Numbered from the stretch's first letter, positions 1 to 10,316 are shown. The stretch is 64,000 nt of DNA from Candidatus Omnitrophota bacterium (GCA_023227925.1 JALOCE010000001.1:539-64538); one strand, 5' to 3'. Translations and numbers: made by a program. Notes: generated by a model not told the origin, from the letters alone.

Positions 1-722
1 AAAATTATGTAAAATATTTGCATGCCGCAAAATCACTAGGTTTTTGGGTGTCTACCACCACCAACTGCTCGTTATTAAATAAAGAAATAGCAGAGGCTAT
101 TATAAGGGAAAAATTAGACCGCATTAACTTAAGTATCTATAGTTCAGATCCTTTAGAGCATCGAGCTTATACGGGAACCGATACTTTTGGGCAAGTGGTG
201 GAGAATGTAAAGTATCTTATAAAATTGTGGCAATCAAGTAACAGGGATACTTTAATTAAGTTCAAATTTTTGAAGATTCCCGGTATAAACGATTATGAAA
301 AATTTAAAGAATTTTGGCAGCCCTTAATTAAGAATACCGGTTTTGAGATCAGTGTCAAGGATCCCGTCAATTGGGGAAGCAGAGTAAATTTTCAAAATAA
401 TAAGCTATTTTTTGGATATCGCCGCCGCAGGCTTTGCAAACAGATAAGGTACCTTTTTTATATACTGCATAACGGTGATGTTTTACCGTGTTGCTGCATA
501 ACTGAAGGTGCAGGTTATGGTGAGGTTGTGTTTGGCAACATGGAGAATGATACTATTATTAAAATCTGGCAGAGCGATAAATATCTAGCCTTTAAAAATA
601 ACCATTATAGAGGTAAATTATCAGCTTACCGGCCCTGCAGGAATTGTTCAGAAGTTTTTTCAGAATTAAATTTTTTACATTGGGTTAAAAAATGTTTGCA
701 TATAAAATTAGCTGTGCTATAA
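1..722 (+). CDS. Radical SAM/SPASM-domain protein, 5' truncated at window edge
   Basis: The reading frame is open back to position 3, so the N-terminus lies outside the window. The C-terminus carries Cys-rich SPASM/twitch-like motifs (VLPCCCITEGAGYG ... YRPCRNCSEV). The upstream portion resembles a radical SAM barrel. Confidence 0.5.
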   Translation, partial: NYVKYLHAAKSLGFWVSTTTNCSLLNKEIAEAIIREKLDRINLSIYSSDPLEHRAYTGTDTFGQVVENVKYLIKLWQSSNRDTLIKFKFLKIPGINDYEKFKEFWQPLIKNTGFEISVKDPVNWGSRVNFQNNKLFFGYRRRRLCKQIRYLFYILHNGDVLPCCCITEGAGYGEVVFGNMENDTIIKIWQSDKYLAFKNNHYRGKLSAYRPCRNCSEVFSELNFLHWVKKCLHIKLAVL

Positions 723-770
723 TTATTTAATTAAGTAATTTAAAAGTAGCGCAATCCAACAATTTAATAG

Positions 771-1796
771 ATGCCAGAATTAAGAAAAGATCCGGTTTTA
801 GGAAGATGGGTTATTATTGCTACGGAACGGGCAAAGCGCCCTGACCAGTTCGCTGGTAAGCCGCAAGAAGGGCCGTTAGAAGAGCCTTGTCCTTTTTGCG
901 AGAATAATGAACCACGCACCCCTCCGGAAATATATGCCATAAGGCCAAAACACACGCCTTCAAATGGGCCAGGTTGGGAATTAAGGGTTGTCCCCAGTAT
1001 CGCGCCATTTTTGAGGATAGAAGGAGAATTGGAGCGCCGGGGAGAAGGCTTGTTTGATCTTATGAACGGCATTGGCGCGCATGAAATAGTCATTGAGACA
1101 AATCAGCATATCGCCAATATGGCAGATTTAAGCGAAGAGCAGATAGCAAAAGTAATAACTTGCTATATTGACAGGACAATAGATTTAGAGAAAGATAAGC
1201 GTTTTAAATATGTTTTAGTCTTTAAAAATTACGGCTGGAGTGCCGGAGGCGGCCGCGTAAAACATTCCCGGTCCCAATTGATCGCGACCCCGGTTAACCC
1301 CAAACGCGTTAAAGAAGAGTTAGTGGGGGCCAGGCAATATTATGATTATCACGAAAGATGTATCTTCTGCGATTTGATAAAGCAGGAGATAGCATCAAAA
1401 GACAGGGTTATCCTCGATATCGATGGTTTCATCGCGGTAACCCCATTTGCCGCACGTTTTCCTTTTGAAGTCTGGATCCTTCCTAAGAAGCATTCCTGTG
1501 ATTTTACCAGTATGGATATGGCGGCGCGCTACTCCTTAAGTTGCATATTGAAAAAAACCTTAGCTAAATTAAAGAAAGGCCTTAATGATCCGCCTTATAA
1601 TTATGTCTTGCATAGTGCGCCTTTCCGTCGCCAAAAAGTAGGCTATTGGAAGAGCATAGATTATGATTATCACTGGCATATCGAGATTATCCCGCGTTTG
1701 ACCAGGGTAGCAGGTTTTGAATGGGGAACGGGTTTTTATATCTGCCCGCTCCCGCCTGAAGATGCAGCCAAGTTTTTAAGAGAGGTCGAGGTTTAA
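771..1796 (+). CDS. Galactose-1-phosphate uridylyltransferase-like HIT-family nucleotidyltransferase, paralogue A, likely catalytically impaired
   Basis: Motifs: CPFCENNE zinc-knuckle and HWHIEIIPRLTRVAGFEWGTGFYI (GalT C-terminal half). The canonical HxHxQ active-site motif reads KHSRSQ here, so the nucleophilic second His is replaced by Arg. Confidence 0.75.
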   Translation: MPELRKDPVLGRWVIIATERAKRPDQFAGKPQEGPLEEPCPFCENNEPRTPPEIYAIRPKHTPSNGPGWELRVVPSIAPFLRIEGELERRGEGLFDLMNGIGAHEIVIETNQHIANMADLSEEQIAKVITCYIDRTIDLEKDKRFKYVLVFKNYGWSAGGGRVKHSRSQLIATPVNPKRVKEELVGARQYYDYHERCIFCDLIKQEIASKDRVILDIDGFIAVTPFAARFPFEVWILPKKHSCDFTSMDMAARYSLSCILKKTLAKLKKGLNDPPYNYVLHSAPFRRQKVGYWKSIDYDYHWHIEIIPRLTRVAGFEWGTGFYICPLPPEDAAKFLREVEV

Positions 1797-2792
1797 ATGT
1801 CTGAATTAAGAAGAGACCCTATCGGTGGAAGATGGGTTATAGTGGATACCGACCATCCAAGCAAGCCCGAAGAATACGAATACGAACCGAATTCTTTTCG
1901 CGGCGGCGTATGCCCTTTCTGTTATGGTAATGAGTCACTTACTCCTCCGGAAATAGAAGCGATCAGGGATCCCAACACTGCACCGAATACTTCCGGTTGG
2001 CAGGTGCGCGTAGTTGCTAATAAATTTCCCGCACTTGGGATCGAAGGGGACCTGGAGAGGCGGGGCCTTGGTATGTATGATATGTCTAACGGAGTGGGAG
2101 CGCACGAAGTTTTGATCGAGACGCCTTACCATGAAAAAGACATTCCGGATCTATTAAATTCTGAAATCGAGAATTTCCTTTCTATGTATTGCCGACGGGC
2201 GCTGGATCTGATAAAAGACAGGCGCTTTAAATATATCATGATCTTTAAGAATTACGGTGCAGCGGCAGGGGCTTCGTTAGAGCATCCCCATACGCAAATG
2301 GTTGCCCTTCCGATGGTGCCCAAGAATGTCATGGAGGAGATAAGGGGGGCACATAACTACTTTGAATATCGCGAACGCTGTATTTTTTGCGATATTATCA
2401 GGCAGGAGACACAAAAGAAAGAAAGGCTTATTTTAGAGAATAAACATTTTTTATCTTTTTGCCCTTTTGTTTCGCGTTTTCCTTTTGAGATTTGGATAAT
2501 CCCCAAGAAACACAATGGGCTCTTTTATCATATGCCTCAGGAGGAAATACCCGACCTGGCTTCAATATTAAAAGATACTATAGCAAAATTAAAGAAGATT
2601 TTCCCCAATGTTTCATATAATTTTATAGTGCATTCTTCCCCTGTAAACGGTGATGGCGGCATAGAGGGTTATCATTGGCACATCGAATTTATGCCTAAAC
2701 TGACTCGTGTTGCCGGTTTTGAATGGGGCACGGGTTTTTACCTTGTCGCCACCCCCCCGGAATTAGCAGCCGAATATCTAAGGAGCAAATAG
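1797..2792 (+). CDS. Galactose-1-phosphate uridylyltransferase-like HIT-family nucleotidyltransferase, paralogue B, intact active site
   Basis: Motifs: CPFCYGNE, EHPHTQMVALP (intact HxHxQ), HWHIEFMPKLTRVAGFEWGTGFY. The start codon directly abuts the stop of paralogue A. Similarity to paralogue A is evident by eye. Confidence 0.8.
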   Translation: MSELRRDPIGGRWVIVDTDHPSKPEEYEYEPNSFRGGVCPFCYGNESLTPPEIEAIRDPNTAPNTSGWQVRVVANKFPALGIEGDLERRGLGMYDMSNGVGAHEVLIETPYHEKDIPDLLNSEIENFLSMYCRRALDLIKDRRFKYIMIFKNYGAAAGASLEHPHTQMVALPMVPKNVMEEIRGAHNYFEYRERCIFCDIIRQETQKKERLILENKHFLSFCPFVSRFPFEIWIIPKKHNGLFYHMPQEEIPDLASILKDTIAKLKKIFPNVSYNFIVHSSPVNGDGGIEGYHWHIEFMPKLTRVAGFEWGTGFYLVATPPELAAEYLRSK

Positions 2793-2812
2793 GGTTTTTG
2801 TTAAACATATAA

Positions 2813-3899
<1,087 letters not shown>

Positions 3900-3924
3900 A
3901 GTTTAGTTTTTATGTGCATCATAA

Positions 3925-3951
3925 GGGCGGATTAGAATCCGCCCTTTTTTT
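3925..3951 (+). terminator. Rho-independent terminator downstream of gap
   Basis: GGGCGGA-ttagaa-TCCGCCC stem-loop followed by TTTTTTT. Confidence 0.8.
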
Positions 3952-3969
3952 CTAAAAAAATATTAAAAA

Positions 3970-5463
3970 ATGGATATTCTTCTTATTTCCCCGGACTATA
4001 ATAATAAATTAAGCAACTTTCCCTGGGGTGTATTATCCCTAGCCAGTTATTTGTCTAAAGTTAAGAATTACAAAGTCGTGCTTTTAGACGCCAGCGTTTA
4101 TTCCGAGCCTGATTTCTACCGCAGATTAGAAGAATCCTGTAAGGGGATTAGCCTTGTTGGGGTAAGCCTTATGTCTACGGATACATATTTTGGCAAGAAA
4201 GTTATTGACCGCATCAAAGAGATCGATCCTGAGATAAAAATAATCGTCGGAGGGCCGCATGCCAGGCTCCAGCCGGTATCTACCTGCGCGTATAAGAATA
4301 TTGATTTTGTCGCTTACGCTGATGGAGAGCATACCCTTGAATCCCTCTTTGAAAAAATAAAATCGAAAGATACTGATTACAGTCAAGTGCCCGGGCTTGT
4401 TTATAAAGAGGGAGGTCTGATTAAACGCACGCCTATCTCCAGTTCTCCTGATTTTTACGACATTAACTATGAACTTCTTCCCGAAAGGACAATAAAAGGG
4501 TTTGCAAGGTATATCCAGGTTTTAACCGGGAGAGGATGTAATTTTAAATGCACATTTTGTTTTAATTCCGTCTGTGGGCAGAAATGGCGGGGAAGGCCCA
4601 TGAAGGATGTTGTACGGGAATTAGAGGGTATTGTTGCTGAATATCATCCGTCGATAGTATATTTCAGGGACGACAATTTTTTTCAATCAAAAGAAAGGAT
4701 TTTCGAGTTTATAGAATTATATAAGCATAAAAAATTCACTTTTCAGTGGCGGGCGAGTTGCCGGGTGAATTACTTCAATGAAGGTTATATCACTCCTCAT
4801 GTAATAAAAGAGCTGGAAGCGATTAATTGCCAGGTGCTTAAGTTTGGCCTGGAGAGTGGTTCGCAAAGGATGCTTGATTACCTGAAAAAAGGAATAAATC
4901 TGGAAAAGGTAAAAGAATTGATACTGGTTTTAAGTAAGAGTAAAATAATCAAACCCGAATATTCGCTTATGATAGGGATGCCGAAGGAAACTACCCGGGA
5001 TTATATGGATACCCTTCGGCTCGTAGGTTTTATAAGAAAACATGACCCTCGCGCTGCGATCATCGGCCCTCAGTATTTCCGGGTTTACCCGGGAGGAGAG
5101 CTTTACGAAGAAATAAAAAAGATCTATGGTTACTTTGAGCCGGATTCTTTCGAGGGATGGGCAGAGAAAAGCTCTGACGCTAAGAACAAGTTATTAGGCC
5201 TGGGGCAAGATTTACGTTATCCGTGGGTGCCGGGTAAGTACTTATTTTTGGCCCAAAATGTTTGGCAGCTTGTGCTTTTTAGCCGTCAGGACGTCAAAAG
5301 ATACCTTAGCCTAAAGCTAATGGTGCAAATGCCTTTTATCCTGCTTGCCAAATTAAGGGTAAATTTATGCTGGTATAGCTTCCTCATTGATTTGAGGTTT
5401 GCCGTCTTGCTTAAAGATATAAAGAAACGCCTTCTCACAGTAGGCCATAATGAGATTAATTGA
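3970..5463 (+). CDS. B12-binding (class B) radical SAM protein
   Basis: The N-terminal domain has a cobalamin-binding-like layout (LISPDY...VVLLDAS...IIVGGPHARL). Radical SAM CxxxCxxC motif: LTGRGCNFKCTFCFN. The C-terminus has a hydrophobic tail. Confidence 0.7.
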   Translation: MDILLISPDYNNKLSNFPWGVLSLASYLSKVKNYKVVLLDASVYSEPDFYRRLEESCKGISLVGVSLMSTDTYFGKKVIDRIKEIDPEIKIIVGGPHARLQPVSTCAYKNIDFVAYADGEHTLESLFEKIKSKDTDYSQVPGLVYKEGGLIKRTPISSSPDFYDINYELLPERTIKGFARYIQVLTGRGCNFKCTFCFNSVCGQKWRGRPMKDVVRELEGIVAEYHPSIVYFRDDNFFQSKERIFEFIELYKHKKFTFQWRASCRVNYFNEGYITPHVIKELEAINCQVLKFGLESGSQRMLDYLKKGINLEKVKELILVLSKSKIIKPEYSLMIGMPKETTRDYMDTLRLVGFIRKHDPRAAIIGPQYFRVYPGGELYEEIKKIYGYFEPDSFEGWAEKSSDAKNKLLGLGQDLRYPWVPGKYLFLAQNVWQLVLFSRQDVKRYLSLKLMVQMPFILLAKLRVNLCWYSFLIDLRFAVLLKDIKKRLLTVGHNEIN

Positions 5464-6508
5464 TAAGGAAATATTAGCTAGCCTTTGCTTAAGAAAGAAG
5501 GATCTCCCTTTTCCGGAAGAGCTTATCTTTGAGCCAACCTCCCGCTGTAACTTTAGATGTAAAATGTGTTTTTATGACAGTGAATACTTTAAAATTCAAG
5601 ATAAGGAGATGAGCCTTTCTGAGATTGAAATTTGTATTTCTAATCTTCCCAAAACAATAAAGCGGGTGCTTTTGATAGGCGGAGAGCCCCTACTTAGGAA
5701 AGATATTGTTGATATTGTACGTTTATTTTCACAGAAAAAGATAAAAGTCGCCATTGTTACAAATGGATATTTGTTGACACCTGTTTTGACTGACGAGCTT
5801 AATAAAATAGGAAATATCGATAAAATAGCAATTTCACTCGATGGCCCTCCCGAAATTAATAATAAAATCAGAGGAGTCAAAGATGCTTTTGAGCGTTCTT
5901 ACGCCAACCTAAAGTACGCAGCTGATTATTTCAATACAGAAGTAGTATCTGTGCTTCAAGATGACAATGAAGCAGCATTGCACAGGTTGCTTCCTTATTT
6001 AAAAGAAATTCCTAATGTAGTTTTTATTGTTGAAATTATGCGTAAATATACCCGTCAACTAATCGACGATACGGCAAAGATCCTCCATATGCGCCCAGAA
6101 AATATACATTTACAAGCGTCAGATATTGCTCTTGATAACCGTTCGGTATCGAATATTCTATCTACCTTATCTAACATTAAGCGCGATGCGATTCATATGC
6201 AATTGAAATTACGTACAATTCCAGAAAATGCTTTTGAACGAATACCAAATTTACTGGGAAAGAATGAGAACCTTAATTATCCGCAAATTTGTGGCAGGCT
6301 TCCAAAGGTTAGGTTGGATAGCGTAGGAAATATAATTCAATGTTATGCTATACGTAAACCATTGGGTTCGCTTTTGGAGAAAAAATTAGAAGAAATATGG
6401 AATAGCGAAGATCTTAAAAATTTCCGTAAAGAAATGGTAGAAAAAAACCTTTTTCCGGTTTGTTCGCTTTGTTTTGCAGTAAAAAACCTGGATATTAAAA
6501 AAAAATAG
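5450..6508 (+). CDS. Radical SAM protein with C-terminal SPASM/twitch-like Cys motifs
   Basis: Radical SAM motif: EPTSRCNFRCKMCFY. C-terminal Cys-rich motifs: ICGRLPKVRLDSVGNIIQCYA and FPVCSLCF. Its start overlaps the end of the upstream gene. Confidence 0.7.
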   Translation: MRLIDKEILASLCLRKKDLPFPEELIFEPTSRCNFRCKMCFYDSEYFKIQDKEMSLSEIEICISNLPKTIKRVLLIGGEPLLRKDIVDIVRLFSQKKIKVAIVTNGYLLTPVLTDELNKIGNIDKIAISLDGPPEINNKIRGVKDAFERSYANLKYAADYFNTEVVSVLQDDNEAALHRLLPYLKEIPNVVFIVEIMRKYTRQLIDDTAKILHMRPENIHLQASDIALDNRSVSNILSTLSNIKRDAIHMQLKLRTIPENAFERIPNLLGKNENLNYPQICGRLPKVRLDSVGNIIQCYAIRKPLGSLLEKKLEEIWNSEDLKNFRKEMVEKNLFPVCSLCFAVKNLDIKKK

Positions 6509-6573
6509 ATAAGCAAATATGGAATAGGGCTTGTTTTTTAAGCTAAAGGGCGGTATTAAACCACTCTTTTTCC

Positions 6574-6602
6574 TTGACTTTTTAAAGGGCATTCCCTATA
6601 AT
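6574..6602 (+). promoter_or_regulatory. Consensus sigma70-type promoter (TTGACT, 17-nt spacer, TATAAT) 8 nt upstream of the ATG at 6611
   Basis: The -35 box TTGACT is at 6574-6579 and the -10 box TATAAT at 6597-6602, with an exact 17-nt spacer. The predicted transcription start lies about 1-2 nt before the start codon, implying a leaderless or near-leaderless mRNA. Confidence 0.5.
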
Positions 6603-6610
6603 ATTGTTCA

Positions 6611-8515
6611 ATGAATGAACATATTTCCAGGGAAGATATCTTTAATATTCTCCGTACGTTAGCCACAAATAATAATCCTACCCAGAGAGAGCTATCTACT
6701 CATTTAGGCTTCTCCTTAGGCAAGACTAATTACCTGATCAAAGAGCTGGCCAAAAAAGGCCTGGTAAAGACACAGGCTTTTAGCCATAAAGATAATAAGC
6801 TCAAGAGGATTTCGTATGTTTTGACCCCTCGGGGATTTAAAGAAAAGGCCGGGCTTACTTTACATTTTTTAGAGAAGAAAGAGATTGAATATAATGAACT
6901 TAGGAATGAATGGGAGCATATCAGGAGTTCTCGGCCAAAGGCGGACTTTAATAAAAAAAATCATACTGATATAAACTTCAGGAACTTTTCAGAGGTTATA
7001 GAGTTTAATGCCAGCCACTATCCGCAGAAGTTATTCTGTGCCGATCATTCGACCGATAGGAGCATAACCTATGCGGAATTCAATAGTTATGTGAATCGGT
7101 GTTGTAATTTTCTGAAAGATATGTCTGTAGGCGAGGGTGATATTGTTTCGGTCTGTATAAAAAATGGCATAGCTTTTATGATTATCTATTTCGCCAGTAT
7201 GCGGCTTGGCGCCTCGGTTAATCCGCTTCCTGCCTCTTTATCGTATCAGGAGATTAAAAAGAACATGGAGTTTTTGCCTGTTAAACTGCTATTCGCAGAG
7301 GATAGATTCAAAGGCAATGATTTCACTGGCAAGGGCAGCGTCTTTTTTATGGATTATAAGCATGATTGTTTTTTTGACGCTATATCAAAATACCCTCCGA
7401 GTTATAAATCTATTATAAATGAAGATAGTATCGCCTGTTATTATTACACTTCCGGTACAACCAGCAATCCTAAGTGTATTATGTACACACATAAAAATAT
7501 GGTTTCTCTTGTCAGGTCTATGACTAAGTCTTTTCATTATACTTTGGGCGATATCCACTTAGGGTTTTTGCCGTTAGGCCATACAGCGATTACAAATTAT
7601 CAACTGCTCCCCGCAGTGTATAATGCCAGCACGCTCTTGCTCTATGAAAATTTTATGAAGCTGCGGGCTGATTTTTGGAAGATCGTCCGGGATAATAGCG
7701 TTACTTATGTAGAAGTAGTACCAAGTGTATTATTCATGATGCTAAATACGCCTTATCAAGATGCTGATGTTGCCGGAAATACCACCTTGAAATATATAGG
7801 TTGTGGTTCTGCTCCATTGGCAGTAGATATACAAAAACAAGCCCGGGAAAAATTTGGTATTCCCGTTGCCAACTTGTATGGCCTTTCCGAGACAGGGCCG
7901 ACGCATTTCGATGACCCGTTCAGGGATGGCTGGCGGCCTGGTAGTGTCGGTAAACCCATAGACGCATGCGAATGCAGGATTTTCAGGGAGGATAAAACCG
8001 AGGCCGATATCGGCGAAGTCGGGGAGATCGCGGTTAAAGGCGACAATGTCTTTAGAGGTTATTACAAAAACGACGCAGCCTATCAGCAAGTAATGCATAA
8101 TGGGTACTTTTTGACCGGGGATTTAGGCTATAAAGATGAAGACGGCTACTTTTATTTTGCCGACCGTAAAAAAGACTTGATTATCAAGGGGGGGGTTAAT
8201 ATTGTTCCGGCTGAAGTTGAGGAGGTCCTCTACCAGCTCCAGGAAGTTCAGATCGCCGCAGTAGTAGGCATTGAGGATGTCATTTACGGGGAAGATGTAG
8301 TTGCCTTTGTAAAATTAAAAGATAGTTTCATTATCGGAGAAGACAAAATCAAGGTTTTTTGCGCAGAAAACCTGCAGGGTATTAAGTGCCCGAAAGAAAT
8401 CTATATCATAGGCGATATGCCGCTAGGGCCATCCGGTAAGATCCTTAAGAAAGAGCTCAAGAAAAGATATGCCGAAAATTACTATGGAAGAAAGCAAGCT
8501 GGACAATTACCTTAG
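6611..8515 (+). CDS. Fusion protein: N-terminal MarR_EPS-like winged-helix domain plus AMP-dependent acyl ligase
   Basis: The first roughly 110 aa (QRELSTHLGFSLGKTNYLIKELAKKGLVKTQAFSHKDNKLKRISYVLTPRGFKEKAGLTLHFL) match the EPS-associated MarR family pattern. The rest has the adenylate-forming motif YYTSGTTSNPKC and a C-terminal TGDLGYKDEDGYFYFADRKKDLIIKGGVNI. Confidence 0.75.
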   Translation: MNEHISREDIFNILRTLATNNNPTQRELSTHLGFSLGKTNYLIKELAKKGLVKTQAFSHKDNKLKRISYVLTPRGFKEKAGLTLHFLEKKEIEYNELRNEWEHIRSSRPKADFNKKNHTDINFRNFSEVIEFNASHYPQKLFCADHSTDRSITYAEFNSYVNRCCNFLKDMSVGEGDIVSVCIKNGIAFMIIYFASMRLGASVNPLPASLSYQEIKKNMEFLPVKLLFAEDRFKGNDFTGKGSVFFMDYKHDCFFDAISKYPPSYKSIINEDSIACYYYTSGTTSNPKCIMYTHKNMVSLVRSMTKSFHYTLGDIHLGFLPLGHTAITNYQLLPAVYNASTLLLYENFMKLRADFWKIVRDNSVTYVEVVPSVLFMMLNTPYQDADVAGNTTLKYIGCGSAPLAVDIQKQAREKFGIPVANLYGLSETGPTHFDDPFRDGWRPGSVGKPIDACECRIFREDKTEADIGEVGEIAVKGDNVFRGYYKNDAAYQQVMHNGYFLTGDLGYKDEDGYFYFADRKKDLIIKGGVNIVPAEVEEVLYQLQEVQIAAVVGIEDVIYGEDVVAFVKLKDSFIIGEDKIKVFCAENLQGIKCPKEIYIIGDMPLGPSGKILKKELKKRYAENYYGRKQAGQLP

Positions 8516-9278
8516 TCTTGCCAAGAAGGCAGTAACTAAAGTCGGCGAGATTATTGAGGCAGAAAAAAGAAAAGGTTACCGGGTGATCCGGAAAGAAAAA
8601 AATGAACTCGTGACCGAGCTTGATGTATTGGCGCAAGCCCGGTTAATCGATCTTTTGAAAGAAGAGGCCGAATGCCGGACATTTATTGCCGAAGAAAAAC
8701 GGATATTAGATTTACCGGAGAACGATTTTTGGGTTATTGACCCCATAGATGGGACACATAATTTTATTGCGGGATTACCGTTTTATAGCGTTAGCCTTGC
8801 ATATTTTCATAAGGGGATACTGATGCTCTCCGCCGTATATTTTCCGGAATCCAGGGATTTATATTATGCGCAGAAAGGCAAGGGCGCTTTTTGTAATAAC
8901 GCGCTGATCCGGATTTCTTCAAATAAAGATTTAGCAAAAGGCATTGTTGCCTATGATAATCAGTTTTATCTTACCAAAAACAGCCTTGCTAATTTTATCG
9001 AAATTCAAAAGAGCGTGTTTACTACCAGAATCCTGGGCGTGGCTTCGCGCGATGCATGTTTCGTGGCTGAGGGAGTTTTGGATGCAAGGATCTGGAATTC
9101 TACAAAACTCTGCGATATTGCTGCGGGTAGTTTGATCGTGGAGGAAGCCGGTGGAAGGGTGAGTGATTTTTCTGGAAAGCCGTTAGATTTTCATTCAGTA
9201 AAAGACGTAATCGCCTCTAGCGGAAAATTTCACGGCGATTTAATAAAAATTTTAAATCATGAAGATAATAATGACTGA
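8469..9278 (+). CDS. Inositol monophosphatase / CysQ-family phosphatase
   Basis: Motif WVIDPIDGTHNF plus the rest of the IMPase fold signature. The true start may be the ATG at 8484. The ORF overlaps the 3' end of the ligase gene. Confidence 0.75.
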   Translation: MPKITMEESKLDNYLSLAKKAVTKVGEIIEAEKRKGYRVIRKEKNELVTELDVLAQARLIDLLKEEAECRTFIAEEKRILDLPENDFWVIDPIDGTHNFIAGLPFYSVSLAYFHKGILMLSAVYFPESRDLYYAQKGKGAFCNNALIRISSNKDLAKGIVAYDNQFYLTKNSLANFIEIQKSVFTTRILGVASRDACFVAEGVLDARIWNSTKLCDIAAGSLIVEEAGGRVSDFSGKPLDFHSVKDVIASSGKFHGDLIKILNHEDNND

Positions 9279-10308
9279 CAAGAGACCGATCATAGGCATA
9301 ACTATCGGTGAGCCTGCCGGTATAGGCAGTGAGATTGCGGTAAAGTTGCTTAGTGACCCGGAAGTCTATAAGATAGGGAGGCCGATAATCATCGGCTCGG
9401 AGTTTTTAATCAAAGAAGGAATGCGCATTGCCCAAGTAAATAAAAAAGCCTATGCGATAAAAGATGAAGAGATTGATAAGGTCGAATACTCCGAAGAAGA
9501 AATAAAATATATCGATTGTAAGAATATCCGGGAAGGTGATTTTGATTACGGAAAGATCTCTGCTAAAGCTGGAAGGGCTGCCGGTGAGTATATTAAAAAA
9601 GCAGTGCAATTGGCTTTAGAGAATAAGATCAATGCGATTGTCACTTGTCCTATTCATAAGGAATCCTTTACCCTGGGAGGCTGGGGAAAACGCTATGCCG
9701 GGCATACAGAGATGATCTCGGATTTAACCGGGACTAAGAAATACGCAATGGTGTTAGCCTGTGATAAGCTGCGCGTCATTCATGTTACCACACATGTTTC
9801 TTTAAAGAAATCTATCGAAGATTGTAAGAAAGGAAGGATTTTAGATGTGATCCAGCTTGGCCATAATGCCTGCAGAAAGCTTGGTATCCAGAAGCCCAGG
9901 ATCGGTGTTGCGGGTTTAAATCCTCATGCCGGTGACGGGGGGATCTTTGGCGATGAAGAGATAAAAGAGATTATGCCGGCGATTAAAGAAGCCCAAGATC
10001 TGGGTTTTGATGTTTCCGGCCCGATTTCTGCTGATACTATTTTCTGTAAGGCCAAGGGCGGCATGTTTGATATAGTAATTGCTATGAATCATGACCAGGG
10101 CCACATCCCGTTGAAATACGCAGGTTTTCTTTATAATGACCAGGCTAAATCCTGGGGGATCCGGGGAGTAAATATTACGGTAGGGCTACCGATAATCCGG
10201 GTCTCTGTTGATCATGGCACGGCCTTTGGTAAAGCAGGGAAAGGGACCGCAGATTATACCAGTTTAAAAGATGCTTATAGGTATGCCGTGGAGATGGCCA
10301 GCAATTAG
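9259..10308 (+). CDS. PdxA-family NAD-dependent 4-hydroxy-acid phosphate dehydrogenase (4-hydroxythreonine-4-phosphate dehydrogenase-like)
   Basis: Motifs: GITIGEPAGIGSEI, GHTEMISDLTG, GLNPHAGDGG, MNHDQGHIPLK. An alternative start at 9271 overlaps the upstream stop codon. Confidence 0.8.
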   Translation: MKIIMTDKRPIIGITIGEPAGIGSEIAVKLLSDPEVYKIGRPIIIGSEFLIKEGMRIAQVNKKAYAIKDEEIDKVEYSEEEIKYIDCKNIREGDFDYGKISAKAGRAAGEYIKKAVQLALENKINAIVTCPIHKESFTLGGWGKRYAGHTEMISDLTGTKKYAMVLACDKLRVIHVTTHVSLKKSIEDCKKGRILDVIQLGHNACRKLGIQKPRIGVAGLNPHAGDGGIFGDEEIKEIMPAIKEAQDLGFDVSGPISADTIFCKAKGGMFDIVIAMNHDQGHIPLKYAGFLYNDQAKSWGIRGVNITVGLPIIRVSVDHGTAFGKAGKGTADYTSLKDAYRYAVEMASN

Positions 10309-10316
10309 AATTTATA

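Noticed and set aside
764-1093. Minus-strand ORFs of 60-190 aa throughout the track (for example 764-1093, 10462-10905, 14726-15208, 28144-28602, 50341-50913)
   Set aside because: Every one lies fully inside a longer + strand ORF that has clear protein-family motifs. They have low-complexity or atypical composition and no recognisable motifs. They are most likely antisense frame artefacts.
5450-6508. RiPP maturation role for the SPASM radical SAM enzymes
   Set aside because: No short precursor-peptide-like ORF with a leader/core pattern is visible adjacent to them. The context is entirely carbohydrate metabolism. The idea is kept only as an alternative in the findings.
6509-6573. Possible terminator after the SPASM radical SAM gene (AAGC...GCTT followed by a T-tract)
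   Set aside because: The stem is only 4 bp with a 14-nt loop, which is too weak to call. The downstream consensus promoter is the better-supported signal in this gap.
6611-8515. Presence of a full PEP-CTERM/exosortase system
   Set aside because: Although the MarR_EPS-like domain, acyl ligase, ACP, sugar transferase and O-antigen-ligase-like genes echo exosortase-associated EPS loci, no exosortase (EpsH-like 8-TM protein with conserved Arg/Cys) or PEP-CTERM substrate is recognisable within this window.
7206-9135. Small + strand ORFs in alternative frames (7206-7418, 8944-9135, 27258-27440, 52522-52728, 59472-59663)
   Set aside because: They are embedded in, or overlap, well-supported genes in another frame, and no independent evidence supports them.
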